A stretch of DNA of 63,074 bases, the filler included, from Sanchytrium tribonematis (lineage: Eukaryota): NCBI GenBank assembly GCA_018985235.1. It is 14 parts of 14 records of this genome, joined end to end, with 100 filler letters (N's around TTAATTAATTAA, not from the genome) between each part and the next. Parts side by side here need not be neighbours in the genome. Positions count along the whole stretch, not along the records: positions 18,285 to 22,726 come from JADGIG010000722.1; positions 22,827 to 27,252 come from JADGIG010000723.1; positions 27,353 to 31,767 come from JADGIG010000724.1; 11 more parts are not named here. One strand, given 5' to 3'. The notes under the pieces were generated by a model that was not told where the DNA came from, did not search any database, and was given only the letters and a program-made list of their open reading frames with translations. A program made the position numbers and the translations under genes. This document shows positions 19,210 through 30,500 of the stretch, piece after piece; within the stretch, counting starts at the first letter, position 1; each line of letters starts with the position of its first letter.

Positions 19210-19668
19210 ATGTTATTTTTATTATTGAGTGTATTATTAGCAACAGCTGATATCATAGTCAAATACCTTCAAAAACGTGGTGAGTTTCAATTATATCGAT
19301 CATCCAACAATAAATGGAATCTTAAACAAAATAATAAGAAAATAATTGAAAATGGTGAATGGAATGAAGTCATTGACCATATTCATTTTGTATTAAAATC
19401 AAATTCTAGATACAAGTATTTGACAGTCAAGACAAATGATAAAACATTAATACAAAGATACACTGGCAGAGGGACTTTAGAAAGTGTGATGAATGAAGCT
19501 GTTAATAATTTAAATAATCAAAGTGAAAGGGACTTGGAGGATGATGGATCCCGATATGATGTATTCAGAAGCAATGAATCAAGTGGTGATCCTAGTCAAA
19601 GTGAACCTATTACACCCAAAGTTAAAAAACCGCGTCAAACTCGCCAAGGTAAACCTGGGCATCGATAA
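19210..19668 (+). CDS. Secreted protein with basic C-terminal tail
   Basis: MLFLLLSVLLA leader; KVKKPRQTRQGKPGHR tail. Confidence 0.65.
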   Translation: MLFLLLSVLLATADIIVKYLQKRGEFQLYRSSNNKWNLKQNNKKIIENGEWNEVIDHIHFVLKSNSRYKYLTVKTNDKTLIQRYTGRGTLESVMNEAVNNLNNQSERDLEDDGSRYDVFRSNESSGDPSQSEPITPKVKKPRQTRQGKPGHR

Positions 19669-19682
19669 TCTAATTAATAAAT

Positions 19683-20285
19683 TCATTTAAATGAAATCAT
19701 CAAAATCACAAAATCCAATACAAATACCACTATAAAACACCCACACACTATAAAATCAATATTGCCATTTAATCCAATTGCAATAATACTCAATAATGCA
19801 CCAGTCAAATCAATACATAAAAATAATCTAGAAATCCCAAATACCCCATTATTTTTATAAATTAAAATCAATTGGGGCATAAATCCAATAAAAAAGCATA
19901 TTAATGATAAACTATTGAATAATTGAATGGTAAATGGGGTAGAATGGAATAAATACACACTCAATTGGACTAGAATAGATAAAAAGATGGAAATGATGAA
20001 AATGGAATATGCGATAAATGGAGATTTATTAGAATAGAAATAGCATTGAGAATAGCATATGATACTGAAAAATAAGAATAAATTGGGTTGGATGATGTAT
20101 AATATGGATAAATGGGTAGATAAATTGGAAATAGAATTAAAAATGGATCCCAATGACCAAAAAATGAACATGAATGGGGATAATCCAGTAGTTTGTTTGG
20201 ATTTATAATTGAGATAGATTTGTGGGATTAATTGGAATGACCAGAATATTAATGCGATGATTTCTATGATTTCTGATGGAGACAT
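19683..20285 (-). CDS. PQ-loop repeat membrane protein
   Basis: Two PQ motifs (LIPQIYLNYKSKQTTGLS; FMPQL) and multiple TM helices. Confidence 0.9.
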   Translation of the reverse strand: MSPSEIIEIIALIFWSFQLIPQIYLNYKSKQTTGLSPFMFIFWSLGSIFNSISNLSTHLSILYIIQPNLFLFFSIICYSQCYFYSNKSPFIAYSIFIISIFLSILVQLSVYLFHSTPFTIQLFNSLSLICFFIGFMPQLILIYKNNGVFGISRLFLCIDLTGALLSIIAIGLNGNIDFIVCGCFIVVFVLDFVILMISFK

Positions 20286-20432
20286 CTCCTAATTGTTACA
20301 AAATCAATTTGTCAAAATGGGCATAGATTTGACCCATATTTATTGATCCATCTTGTGTCACCATAAATAGTTTATCCATTGGTAGATATACGATCCCTTT
20401 GTACAAAAGAATTAGCAAGTCTATTTTGACAC

Positions 20433-21118
20433 ATGTTGATTTTTTTATTATTTTGTTGGTCTGTAGATAATCATATATCGATTCAGTATCAAAAGAATCA
20501 ATATCAATTAAAACTGGTTAATGATTTATATACCATAAATGGTCTCTTACTGGATTGCAAATTCATGTTGAGGGTCCTCTCAACATTATTGTCGATTGTT
20601 TGTCTACAAAAATCATGAAATCATCTAGTTTTTGGATTCATATCTTCTACAATGGTGTAATGCATCTAGTTCAAGGCACTTATACAGATAAATCATCGTT
20701 AAATCGGGCTATAGATCTCGCCATTCATGTGTTTAATGGTGGCCAAATTGTAATTCTAGATAAAACACAAATTTCATCTGACAATCTTATTTCATTCAAG
20801 TCAAATGCAAATCATCGGATTTTTGATTTATCACTTGTTGGTAATAACAAATGGTTATGCAGCATTTATGTAAATCTTGAAAATGTGACAGATTTGTTCA
20901 ATGGTACTTTAGATGAGATAATTCAAATCTTATTATCTCGATTAGAAAAAGGAATGATGCTAAAAGCTTATATTTGGGTGAATGGTGAAAAACGACCCTA
21001 TGAACCCGAATATTTATTTGAAAAAGATGAAAATCTTAAACATTTACTCGATTTGGCAATTCATGTTCTCAAGGGTGGTGAAATTGTGACTATGGATACA
21101 TTTCAATATATGTTATAA
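20433..21118 (+). pseudogene. Secreted two-repeat protein with a frameshift near 20525
   Basis: The leader frame (MLIFLLFCWS...LVND) and the downstream frame (HKWSL...) together form repeat 1, matching repeat 2 (LVGNNKW...DLAIHV..GG.IV). Confidence 0.55.
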
Positions 21119-21267
21119 TAAACTCTTCATCATCTAATGATTCCATTCTAATTAGTGTTTAGAGCATCCATAATTCAAATCATTGAAATATGAAATCTAT
21201 GAATTAATGTTATTCAATTTACATCGTGTACCCATACGGAGAAAGGAGGTTTCGAGGTAGAATCATC

Positions 21268-21510
21268 ATGTTGATTGTAATGTTGATTTGCGCATTACCA
21301 GGGAAGGACTTAAATGGTAAGAGGTTGACTGGCAAAAAGAGACGAGCACGAGAATTAACACGTGAGCAAATAGATGGAATTTTAAATCAGTTCTTTAAAG
21401 GAGTTTCAAAGGAAAGAGAAGGACCTAATGAGGCCTTATCTGGTCCAGAAGAAGATGTCCAGATGTCTTCTTCTTCTTCTACTACTACTAAATCACCTAA
21501 ATCAAATTAA
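21268..21510 (+). CDS. Small secreted protein with NLS-like basic motif
   Basis: MLIVMLICA leader; KRLTGKKRRAR. Confidence 0.5.
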   Translation: MLIVMLICALPGKDLNGKRLTGKKRRARELTREQIDGILNQFFKGVSKEREGPNEALSGPEEDVQMSSSSSTTTKSPKSN

Positions 21511-21892
21511 TATTTTGAATAAATACGCAAAATTTGCTTTTAAATACTTATTTAACATGATATAGAAATCTACAAACATTAGTTTTGTCTTCAAATGTCT
21601 TTATATATCTTATAAGCATTTACTAAATATAGTTGCAATTTTGGTAGTCATTCGCCAAATATACCAGATAACAGAAATGGTACCATTCAGATGATATCAT
21701 TCCTTCAATTTTATTAGATGAATTAACTTGCCAATGATATGTTAACTTTGTTGTATTTCATTGTATTCCAAAAAAGAGATAGGGGGACACACAATGAAAA
21801 TGATGACCAAACTTGCAAGTACCCAATGAAATCACTACTAGTCTAAACAATGAATTACAATCTCCAAATGCCCGATTAAAATTGACAGATTC

Positions 21893-22351
21893 ATGGACAA
21901 TCCCATAAATGCATTTCAACATAATGATAGAGCATTCATTAACACAAAAAATATATTTGATTTACCATTAAATAAGAATCAAAGTAAGATGCTGTTGAAG
22001 CAAATCATTTATAATCATTTTACTGTAATTTTAAAATTTGGAGATCAAATCATTCATCAATTGAAACCTACTCAAACTCAACAGGATATTTTAAAGATTT
22101 TAATGGAATTGGTCAAAGATGTGTATCCACTAGGATTTTATGAAAAATTGTTGACTAATTTTACATTAAAAGGTTTCCATAATGATTTTGGTTTTATTAA
22201 TAATCAAGTGCGGCAAATGGGTCAAAAAATGACACAACTTGAAGAGAAATATCAGTTGAATAAAGTAACTGAGCCGAGAAGATCCTCGAGAAAGAGAAAG
22301 CATGATGGAGAACAACCAGATACAGAAATATCAATAAAAGTAATTGTCTGA
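21893..22351 (+). CDS. Hypothetical protein
   Basis: 152-aa ORF with RRSSRKRK basic motif. Confidence 0.5.
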   Translation: MDNPINAFQHNDRAFINTKNIFDLPLNKNQSKMLLKQIIYNHFTVILKFGDQIIHQLKPTQTQQDILKILMELVKDVYPLGFYEKLLTNFTLKGFHNDFGFINNQVRQMGQKMTQLEEKYQLNKVTEPRRSSRKRKHDGEQPDTEISIKVIV

Positions 22352-22826
22352 TGACGTGCATGCTTTATTTATGGAATTGGTCCATGTGGTCTAGTTGGTG
22401 GGATTTCATATTGTTGACGTAATCTTTCATTGGCAAAAGCATGTTGTGCGTTGAGATCAATACTATCGATTTCTTGAGGCAATCCACGTTTTATTTCTGA
22501 TCCACCAATTCGCACATCATGCTTTGGTGCATGATTGATGGTCAATTTCCCCAATTCCTCTCCGTTATTCAAAGGTGGTAATGCGAATAAAAGAAATTGA
22601 TAAATCATTTGTAGTTCATTTGCATCCCTCTCTTTTATGGACTGTAACAGACCTGAAATGGCTGAGATCCAATCCACAAGGTCCCCGCATTTAATAAATT
22701 TATCATTTTAAATAGTTTTCAACAAANNNNNNNNNNNNNNNNNNNNNNNNNNNNNNNNNNNNNNNNNNNNTTAATTAATTAANNNNNNNNNNNNNNNNNN
22801 NNNNNNNNNNNNNNNNNNNNNNNNNN

Positions 22827-23248
22827 ATGTATCCATTTTTGTTAAGTAATTTTTTTTCGTCAATCTTCGAAGCGTCTGACCGAGGTCTTCCTCCTTTCTT
22901 TTGCGTATATTTATTCCCCAGCGTAGGGCCCCTAATTAGTTCCGAATCCTTGCTTGAATTAGTTGATGCCCGTTTTCTAATTGGCTCTTTTGAAGTCATC
23001 GATGAAGACTTTATTTTACGTGCGTGAGAAAGAACAGGTCGTTTTTTGAGTCTCATCTCGTTATCTTTAGTTTCTGTATTGGGCCTTGTTTTGAAAACTG
23101 CTCCGGAATTGGGGTTTTTCTTAAGCAAATCAGTAAAACGGAATATATCAGTGGAGATCGGTGACGGTTTTCGGCATCCTTCGCAATGAGCAGAATTTCC
23201 TACTACGTCATTTACGAAGCACTTAGTGCACTTTAAAAGATTATTCAT
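22827..23248 (-). CDS. Hypothetical basic protein with N-terminal CxxC...CxxC, 3' truncated
   Basis: ORF open from ATG 23248 to the gap. Confidence 0.5.
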
Positions 23249-23274
23249 TAGCCGCTTGTTTGACCCCTACAACA

Positions 23275-24004
23275 ATGTCAATGATTTGGGATCCAAGTAT
23301 TTATAGCAATCATGAAGTTTTTTATGACCAAGGCGGTCGCATACTGGAGCTATTGGACCCCAAGAGACATGAATGTATTTTAGACATTGGTTGTGGTAGT
23401 GCAGAAACCACAGACAAGATTGCAAAAGTTTGCAATCGAATTGTTGGTGTAGATAGCTCCGCGGAAATGATAGAGAGTGCAAATAGCAGATATAAATTAG
23501 ACTTGCGATGCATAGATGCGACCGAAATCGAATTTAGGGATGAGTTTCATGCCATTTTTTCAAATGCATGTTTTCATTGGATACAAGATCATCACTTATT
23601 AGCTCAAAAAATGTACAGCGCGTTAAAATCCGGGGGAAGACTCGTTGTTGAATTTGGGGGCCAAAGGCAATATCAAGACCATTCATAATGCATTGTGCAA
23701 AGTCTTAAAAAATCATAATATAAACATTCCAAAAGTTTGGTTTTATCCAACAATATCTGAATATTCCAGTATTTTAGAAAAAAATGGGTTCACAGTCATC
23801 TTTTGCAAGATATTCGACAGAGAAACAATTCTCAAAGGCGAAGAGGGAATGAGAATTTGGCTTAATATGTTTGGCCGTGTATTTTTAAAAGATGACGCAA
23901 ATTTGATTGAAGAATGCATAAACATACTAAAACCTGCTTTATATCAAGACGGAAATTGGAAAGCGGACTATAAACGACTTCAAATAATTGCAGTGAAGCA
24001 ATAA
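23275..24004 (+). pseudogene. Bacterial-type class I SAM methyltransferase (Tam-like), split by one extra base in G5 run 23656-23660
   Basis: ILDIGCG, IFSNACFHW, GGRLVVEFG[+1]AKGNI, WFYPTISEY, W.ADY.RL. Confidence 0.8.
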
Positions 24005-24030
24005 ATTTTCATACTTTATCATTTTGAAAC

Positions 24031-24984
24031 ATGATTGTAACTGTAGCTGCTGTTGGGATTGCGATTTATACATTTATAAAGCTTAGAGGTTTTTTGATGA
24101 TAAACAGATTTATAGTAGACGGAAGGGAATGCTTGGTCACTGGTGGATCACAAGGCCTAGGAAAATCAATTGCAAAGGAGCTTGTCAAGAAAGGCGCGAA
24201 TGTAGTCATCTGCGCAAGGCGCAAGGAAGAATTGGAAAAAGCTGTTGCAGAATTGGACAAGTTGAAAATTCATAAGAACCAGGTCATTAAATTAAAAGTT
24301 TGCGATGTAACTGACCCTAAACAAGTAGAAAATTTGTTTCTTTCCGAAAACATCCAATTTCTATTCTGCTGTGTTGGTGCAAGCAAGCCGATGTTATTTG
24401 AGGATCAAAGCATCAGTCAACTTGATAATTCCTTGAAACTAAACTACAGCACAGCTGTTTATTCTGCTTTCTATGCAGCAAAGAAAATGAAAATTATGAA
24501 AGAAAGCTCAAAGATTGTTTTTGTTGGCAGTACTCTTTCGTGCTTTGGCATGATTGGCTTTAGCGAATATGTCCCTGCAAAATTTGCATTAAGAGGACTG
24601 GCCGAAACCCTTCGAAATGAATTCTTGAAAGATAACATTGATGTTCATATTTATTTGCCAGGTAGCATCGACACCCCTGGATTTGTAGAAGAGCAAAAAA
24701 CGAAGCCAGAAGTATCTAAATTTATTGAAGGTCAAACAAAGCCAGAAAATCCGGACACACTCGCAAAGAAATTAATTCGAGGTTTAGAATTAAATTACTT
24801 TGCAATAACAACAGACTTTGTAACAGAAATGGTCTATGTTGCCGGAAGAGGTGTTGCGCCAGTCAGAAATGTTGTAAATGACTTGTTCTCGTTGCTATTG
24901 GCCATTCCATTTAGCATAGCAATGAGATTTTTTATAGACTTTAGCGTTTTGAGTCACTACAAAAAAAGCAAAAAACAAGAGTAA
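24031..24984 (+). CDS. TSC10: 3-ketodihydrosphingosine reductase (SDR)
   Basis: TGGSQGLG, YVPAKFALRGLAETLRNE, PG..DTPGF.EE..TKP; N- and C-terminal TM segments. Confidence 0.9.
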   Translation: MIVTVAAVGIAIYTFIKLRGFLMINRFIVDGRECLVTGGSQGLGKSIAKELVKKGANVVICARRKEELEKAVAELDKLKIHKNQVIKLKVCDVTDPKQVENLFLSENIQFLFCCVGASKPMLFEDQSISQLDNSLKLNYSTAVYSAFYAAKKMKIMKESSKIVFVGSTLSCFGMIGFSEYVPAKFALRGLAETLRNEFLKDNIDVHIYLPGSIDTPGFVEEQKTKPEVSKFIEGQTKPENPDTLAKKLIRGLELNYFAITTDFVTEMVYVAGRGVAPVRNVVNDLFSLLLAIPFSIAMRFFIDFSVLSHYKKSKKQE

Positions 24985-24988
24985 ATTT

Positions 24989-25519
24989 TTAAATTTTTGG
25001 CATCTTTCTGACATAATGGTATTGTAATTGCTCGTCGCAAAATTCATGTGATTCCGCATTTGTATGCTTACCAATTAGTTTTCTCATTTCTACATGGGTT
25101 TTCCAATTATATTTGCCTTCACGTTCGCTTATAGTCTGTAATTGAGACTCCAAACTAGCAGGTAATTGAACTTTGCGAAGTGGACCACCTGTTTCTCCCA
25201 GTACAATAGCACGCAAGGATATCCATGGTCCGTATTTTGGATGCAGAACCAAATGGGTATTTTTTTCAAAACTCAGATCACACAATTGCTGAAATGGATA
25301 AAAAGAGCCAGAATATTTTTTGTGGCTATACAATATGCGTTTTTCCGAATGGAATTGTAATTCTATAAATGTGTCAACTGGATTCGCTACATTTTGATTA
25401 GTTGAGAGCCATTTTAAAAAGGGTTTCCAAATAGCTTTTGTATTAGCCATAATAACCGCTTTGTCTGTGTTAAATATTGAATAAGCTAGAGCCTTGTTCA
25501 CGGGAATTTTCACAAACAT
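24989..25519 (-). CDS. MMACHC: Cobalamin-processing protein CblC-like
   Basis: NTKAIW.PF, NPVD.F, LHPKYGPWISLRAIV, C-terminal QL.YHY. Confidence 0.75.
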   Translation of the reverse strand: MFVKIPVNKALAYSIFNTDKAVIMANTKAIWKPFLKWLSTNQNVANPVDTFIELQFHSEKRILYSHKKYSGSFYPFQQLCDLSFEKNTHLVLHPKYGPWISLRAIVLGETGGPLRKVQLPASLESQLQTISEREGKYNWKTHVEMRKLIGKHTNAESHEFCDEQLQYHYVRKMPKI

Positions 25520-25662
25520 AACAAGATTCAAGGGTGAATATCAAATATTTATAATTTCCAAAAAACCTCAAATTACAATTGTACAGTCATCAAACATTAG
25601 GTAGGCTTTTTAATTCTTTTAATAACACACTTCTAATAAACCCCTTTCTTTGCGAAACTTCG

Positions 25663-26502
25663 ATGAAAGATCAAATTCATTCTGAGAAAATCGAATCTTT
25701 ATTGAATATTGAGCTACTTTCTTCAGCAGCAGCTCTCAAATTCAATTGGAATATCGAGTTTGCCAAGCGCGTGGTTAAGGAGTATTTCCGTTTTCTTGAA
25801 TTAAAAATACGATTCGGCAATACCGGGAAAAATGAATTCGGATGTGGTTGGTATATCGATAAAATCTGGATGATGCATGCTGCTGATATCAAAGAGTACC
25901 AGTCAGATTGTTACCAAATTTGCGGCTATAGGGTCGAATATAGCGATGGCAATCAGCAGATGCTGGAGCGTTCAATTGAAGCATACAAAATCACAATAGG
26001 AACTCCACCTTATGATATTTGGAGACTATCCCAAAGCACGTACGAGGCTTTAACTCAAGATTCTCCCACATTATCGCAATGGAAACCACGCCTTAAAATT
26101 TGCCTTGAAAGAAATACTATTGTTGAGAAAATCCTTCCTAAGAAAAGCCAATTCCTAATCATTGGAATTAAGCCCCCAACCGGTAAAGCCTTATACTTTA
26201 AGGTCCATCAATATGAAAAATGCTATAGACTCTTTCGATCTTATACTGAAAAAACTAGACTAAGTTTGACTGATTATAAGTTTTGCTTATGCGGAAAAGA
26301 AATTGATTCTACCGAAAGAATCCGCAATTTGAATCTCCAGGCGAAAGGCAGTTGCTTTCAAATTTTACCAAAGAATGACAAAAATGATTGGCAAACTCCC
26401 ACTCCCCCACTTGAACCGCAATTAAATACCAGTAATCCAATTTGTTCCACTAAATTGCAATATACCATAGAAGAAAAAACGTTTCCAAATTTTACTGATT
26501 AA
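25663..26502 (+). CDS. GRDP/DUF1399-like helical domain fused to a SUMO-like domain
   Basis: EY.RFL.LK...ID.IW..H....Y..DC followed by KALYFKV...LF.SY...KF...G..I. Confidence 0.6.
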   Translation: MKDQIHSEKIESLLNIELLSSAAALKFNWNIEFAKRVVKEYFRFLELKIRFGNTGKNEFGCGWYIDKIWMMHAADIKEYQSDCYQICGYRVEYSDGNQQMLERSIEAYKITIGTPPYDIWRLSQSTYEALTQDSPTLSQWKPRLKICLERNTIVEKILPKKSQFLIIGIKPPTGKALYFKVHQYEKCYRLFRSYTEKTRLSLTDYKFCLCGKEIDSTERIRNLNLQAKGSCFQILPKNDKNDWQTPTPPLEPQLNTSNPICSTKLQYTIEEKTFPNFTD

Positions 26503-26643
26503 AAATAAAAAAATGGCTTGTCCACCAATAGCTTGAAAATATTTCGGAAATTCTTAAGGATTGCCTTGATTTGCTTTGTATGGTAATTTGATTGGTCAAT
26601 CCAGGCTTGCATTCGTTTATTAATTCGGTCAACAACTCAATTG

Positions 26644-27252
26644 ATGGAGGTAAATGCAAAGTGTCAATCTGTAATTAGACCACTGTTTGAAATAATCAAT
26701 CCACAGCTAAATTTGACTTTAGACTGCTGCAAAATGGATCCGTTTGTTAAATGCAGAAATGGCAGTATTACCGAGTTACATTTAAACAAAAGATCAAGTC
26801 ATGGTAGTGGGAACATCACTGGCTACTTAAATCAATTGCAAGACCTAGTTATTTTAAATATAACGAATTTAGAGATAGATAATCTTGATTCTTTAAATTT
26901 GCCATCTTTAAGTGAATTGTATATTGGGATGAATTCTTTAAACCACGATCTGGAATTTGTATGCAATTCCAATTTGCTCAAAATATTGAGCGCATACAGT
27001 AGCAAGATCGTGGGAAGCATTCCTGATTGTTTCAAGTTACTTTCTACCAACGTAATTGATTTGAGCAACAACGAAATTCAAGGCGGCATAGAAAACATTC
27101 CTGTTAACACAACTGGACTTTTTTTGAACAACAATCTGATCAAAACTCTACCTTCATTGTCTAATAATTTTGAATATTTCATCTTTGACAATAATCCAAT
27201 TACCAATCTTCCGGATTCCCCATATTCATTTAGTAAGGTTTGCTCAATTAAA
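26644..27252 (+). CDS. LRR protein with Cys-rich N-cap, 3' truncated
   Basis: DCC...C cap; LxxLxLxxN repeats; GSIP. Confidence 0.8.
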
Positions 27253-27536
27253 NNNNNNNNNNNNNNNNNNNNNNNNNNNNNNNNNNNNNNNNNNNNTTAA
27301 TTAATTAANNNNNNNNNNNNNNNNNNNNNNNNNNNNNNNNNNNNNNNNNNNNTTGAAAGACTTAAGGCCGAAAGAGTAGCTCTTGAAAATGTCAAGAGAC
27401 TAGAAAATGAAAGAATCTTCAAAACTAATGTTAACATTTTATGTACTTGGTATAGTTTAATACTTATTATATTTTTTATGCTTTACAAATTTGGAAAAAA
27501 ACAATACCGAAAGCCAAATACCCGTACTTGAATTTA

Positions 27537-30500
27537 TTAACTCAAATCCTGATTTTCATTTCTAATAATATTGGTCACCTCTCGTCTATCTTTGAGCCAG
27601 TCTACAAATGACTGCTTAGATTTATCCAGCGAATAATCGCAAAATACAATTAGAAAGAAATAACGAATTAAATAGTTGATTGTCACCTGGTGAAGCTGAG
27701 AGTATTGTTTAGTTTGCGGGTCCATCTGCCTCAATTTACATTTGAACGTGTAAATCGCTTCTCTTAAATTTTGAAGATGTTGATTTGCGTCAATCGCTGT
27801 ATCTACGATAGATTTAGCGACCTTGCCTTGGCTCAATACACTCATGAGCTGTAATATAATTCTATATTCACCCCGAAGTAAATGAAATTCTTCCACTTCG
27901 TCGTCATAAATTTTCAGATTGTCATTTGTGGAACTTTTGTACATTTCAGATAAATAATCGCTCCTGACTAATTTTAAGATACATGCAATAATCATTCCTG
28001 TGCTGGTTCTTCCTCTTCCCATTTGACAATTAAAAACTAAATCATTTCCATTTGCGCTATTAATTCTATTGGTAAGTAAATCAAAAACAAGTGGGATCGG
28101 CGCTTGCTCATCAGTTATTGGGATTCTCAAATAATCCACTTGGTATCCGAGGCTCTGAATTTTTGCAAACATTTCCAAAGGCGTCAAAATGTCATTTTCT
28201 GTGATTGTTTGCCAAACGGCATTAATTGTGAACCCGGAATCTGTCACTACTTCTTCGTGTAGTAAGACTCGTCCACCGTATTTTGCTAATTCTTCTTTAA
28301 GATCGATTTTGGCATTATATTCCATTAATTCGACTCTTTCTTTGGCAATTCCAGTGATTTCAAGATTCTTCAAAGGCTCATGAAATTCGCGGAGTACATA
28401 TGGCTTATTTAAAACATAAATGACGGGTTCCTCTCGTAAAGAAGTCCAATAGACTTTCCCCTTGATACGATCTATCGTATTTTTAATACCATCAAAAGTA
28501 GGCATAGCTACCCCATAGCAAGAATCTGGGTCGTGGTAAGCGTGGACAAGATCCTTGTATTCAACTCTTCTATAATTCGGCGCACCAACAATTCGATCTA
28601 AAAGAGTCAATTTTTGACAACCTGGAAAGCAATCGTCTTTCAGGATTGTGTTTTGAGCCAAAACTTGCCCATTTCGACTCTTAACAACCTTGAGAATTTC
28701 ATTTGTTAACGCAAGCCCATCTCCAGGCAAGATTTTATCTATAGAAAGCAAATCCTTGATGGAAGCTTTAGAAAGCTCTTTGAACATTTGCAAAATTTCT
28801 TCATGTTGTTTAAGCCACTGACCAAACTTTATCAAATAAGCATCTGGTGCATTTTGGTCCAAATAAGATTGAAAAACAATCAATATAAAATATCTCTCTA
28901 GATTCAAAACTCCTTTTGCAATACATTCAGCTCTAATTTTTTCGTTATTTGTGGATTCTGCTTCAACTCGATACTTTTCAATTGAGTCTCTGATATTAAA
29001 AATTTGAGAATTATTATCAATGACATCGTCCACCATTTTCTTGATTTCCAGACCATTTTTGATAACTCTCAGTAGCCCATGAATGCTCTGATAATTTATA
29101 TTTGATATTTTATCAAGATTTCCTCTTGTTTTATTGTGCAGCCAATTAAAAACCATTTGGGACACCACCAACACCATTGTAGATCGACCAACGCCCATTT
29201 GACAATTAACTACGAAAACCCCCTGATTATTATTCAAAACACTTAATATTTCATCAAAATCATTTTCCTCTGGATATCCTTCAGCGGTTATGGGAACTCG
29301 AAAATAATTAATATTTTCAAAAATTTGTTTAGGCGTAAAAATATGATCTTGCTTCACATCTTCCCATTTTGCTTCGATATCGTGATTGACTTCATTGTGG
29401 AGCAATATCTGATTCCCAAATTGCTGAAGCTCCTTGACGATGTCAACTTTCAAGCGCTGTTCCATTAATTCCAGTCTTTCGCAATTTATACCACTGTAAG
29501 TATTTATATTTCTAAGAGTACTACTCTGGTCTCTGAGAACGTAAGGTAGTCCATTGATATAAATGAGAGGTTCTTCTCTCACATTTATCCAAGTGACCTG
29601 CTGATTTGGAAATGTTTCTCTAATTTCACTTAAAATAAATTGTAATCCCTTAATTGTAGGTTGAGCGCAACCATATAATGGATAGCCTGGAACTCTTCTG
29701 AAATTAGAAACAAGACTAGTCTGTTTCCCCCAGAAATCCACTTTCAGAATTGTGTTGGGACCTAAAACTGTGCCACTTCTGTTCTTGACGCAGTACATTT
29801 CTGCATCACTTCCGGAGGCAGTGGATAATGCAGAAAGATTATGAATAGGTCTATATAAATCTACATTGGTGTTTTTTGGGAATATAGAATAAATTTCTGG
29901 ACGTTCTTTAAGCCATACTGAAAAAGAAAGTGATGGATTTGTAACCAAATATGACATCACAACTAGCAACGCGTAGTACCTCTCAAGTTGCGCTTTTCCC
30001 TTATATAAATCTACCTCATCCTTAGTGGTGAAATAGCGTATTCTATAAAACAAAATTCTGTCTCGAATATTAACAACCTGGTCACATTCGTCGATAAGCG
30101 CATCAACAATTTTTTTAATATGTACGCCTTTATCTAATACTCTACTCAGCTCTAGTACGATTTGATAATTACCATTAACTGAATTAATTAAATTTTCAAG
30201 CAAGGAACTTCTAGTTATTGCAAATTGTATGGCACTTGCTTGAAGACCTTCCTCTAATACCTTCATCAGTCTTATAAGCGATTTGTGTTGGAAATCCGTC
30301 TCTTTTGCCAAATCATTCAGACTTTCAATTGACCGTTGACCAACGACAGGGCTAAAATCATCATTTTCCTTTGCCTTTCGAATCATCAAAGCTATGATCA
30401 TACAAAAAGTTGTTCTACTTGCACCCATCCCACAATTTATCACAATTGGATCATCCACATTTTGAGCCATAAAAGCATTAATTAAAGTTTCAACATATAT

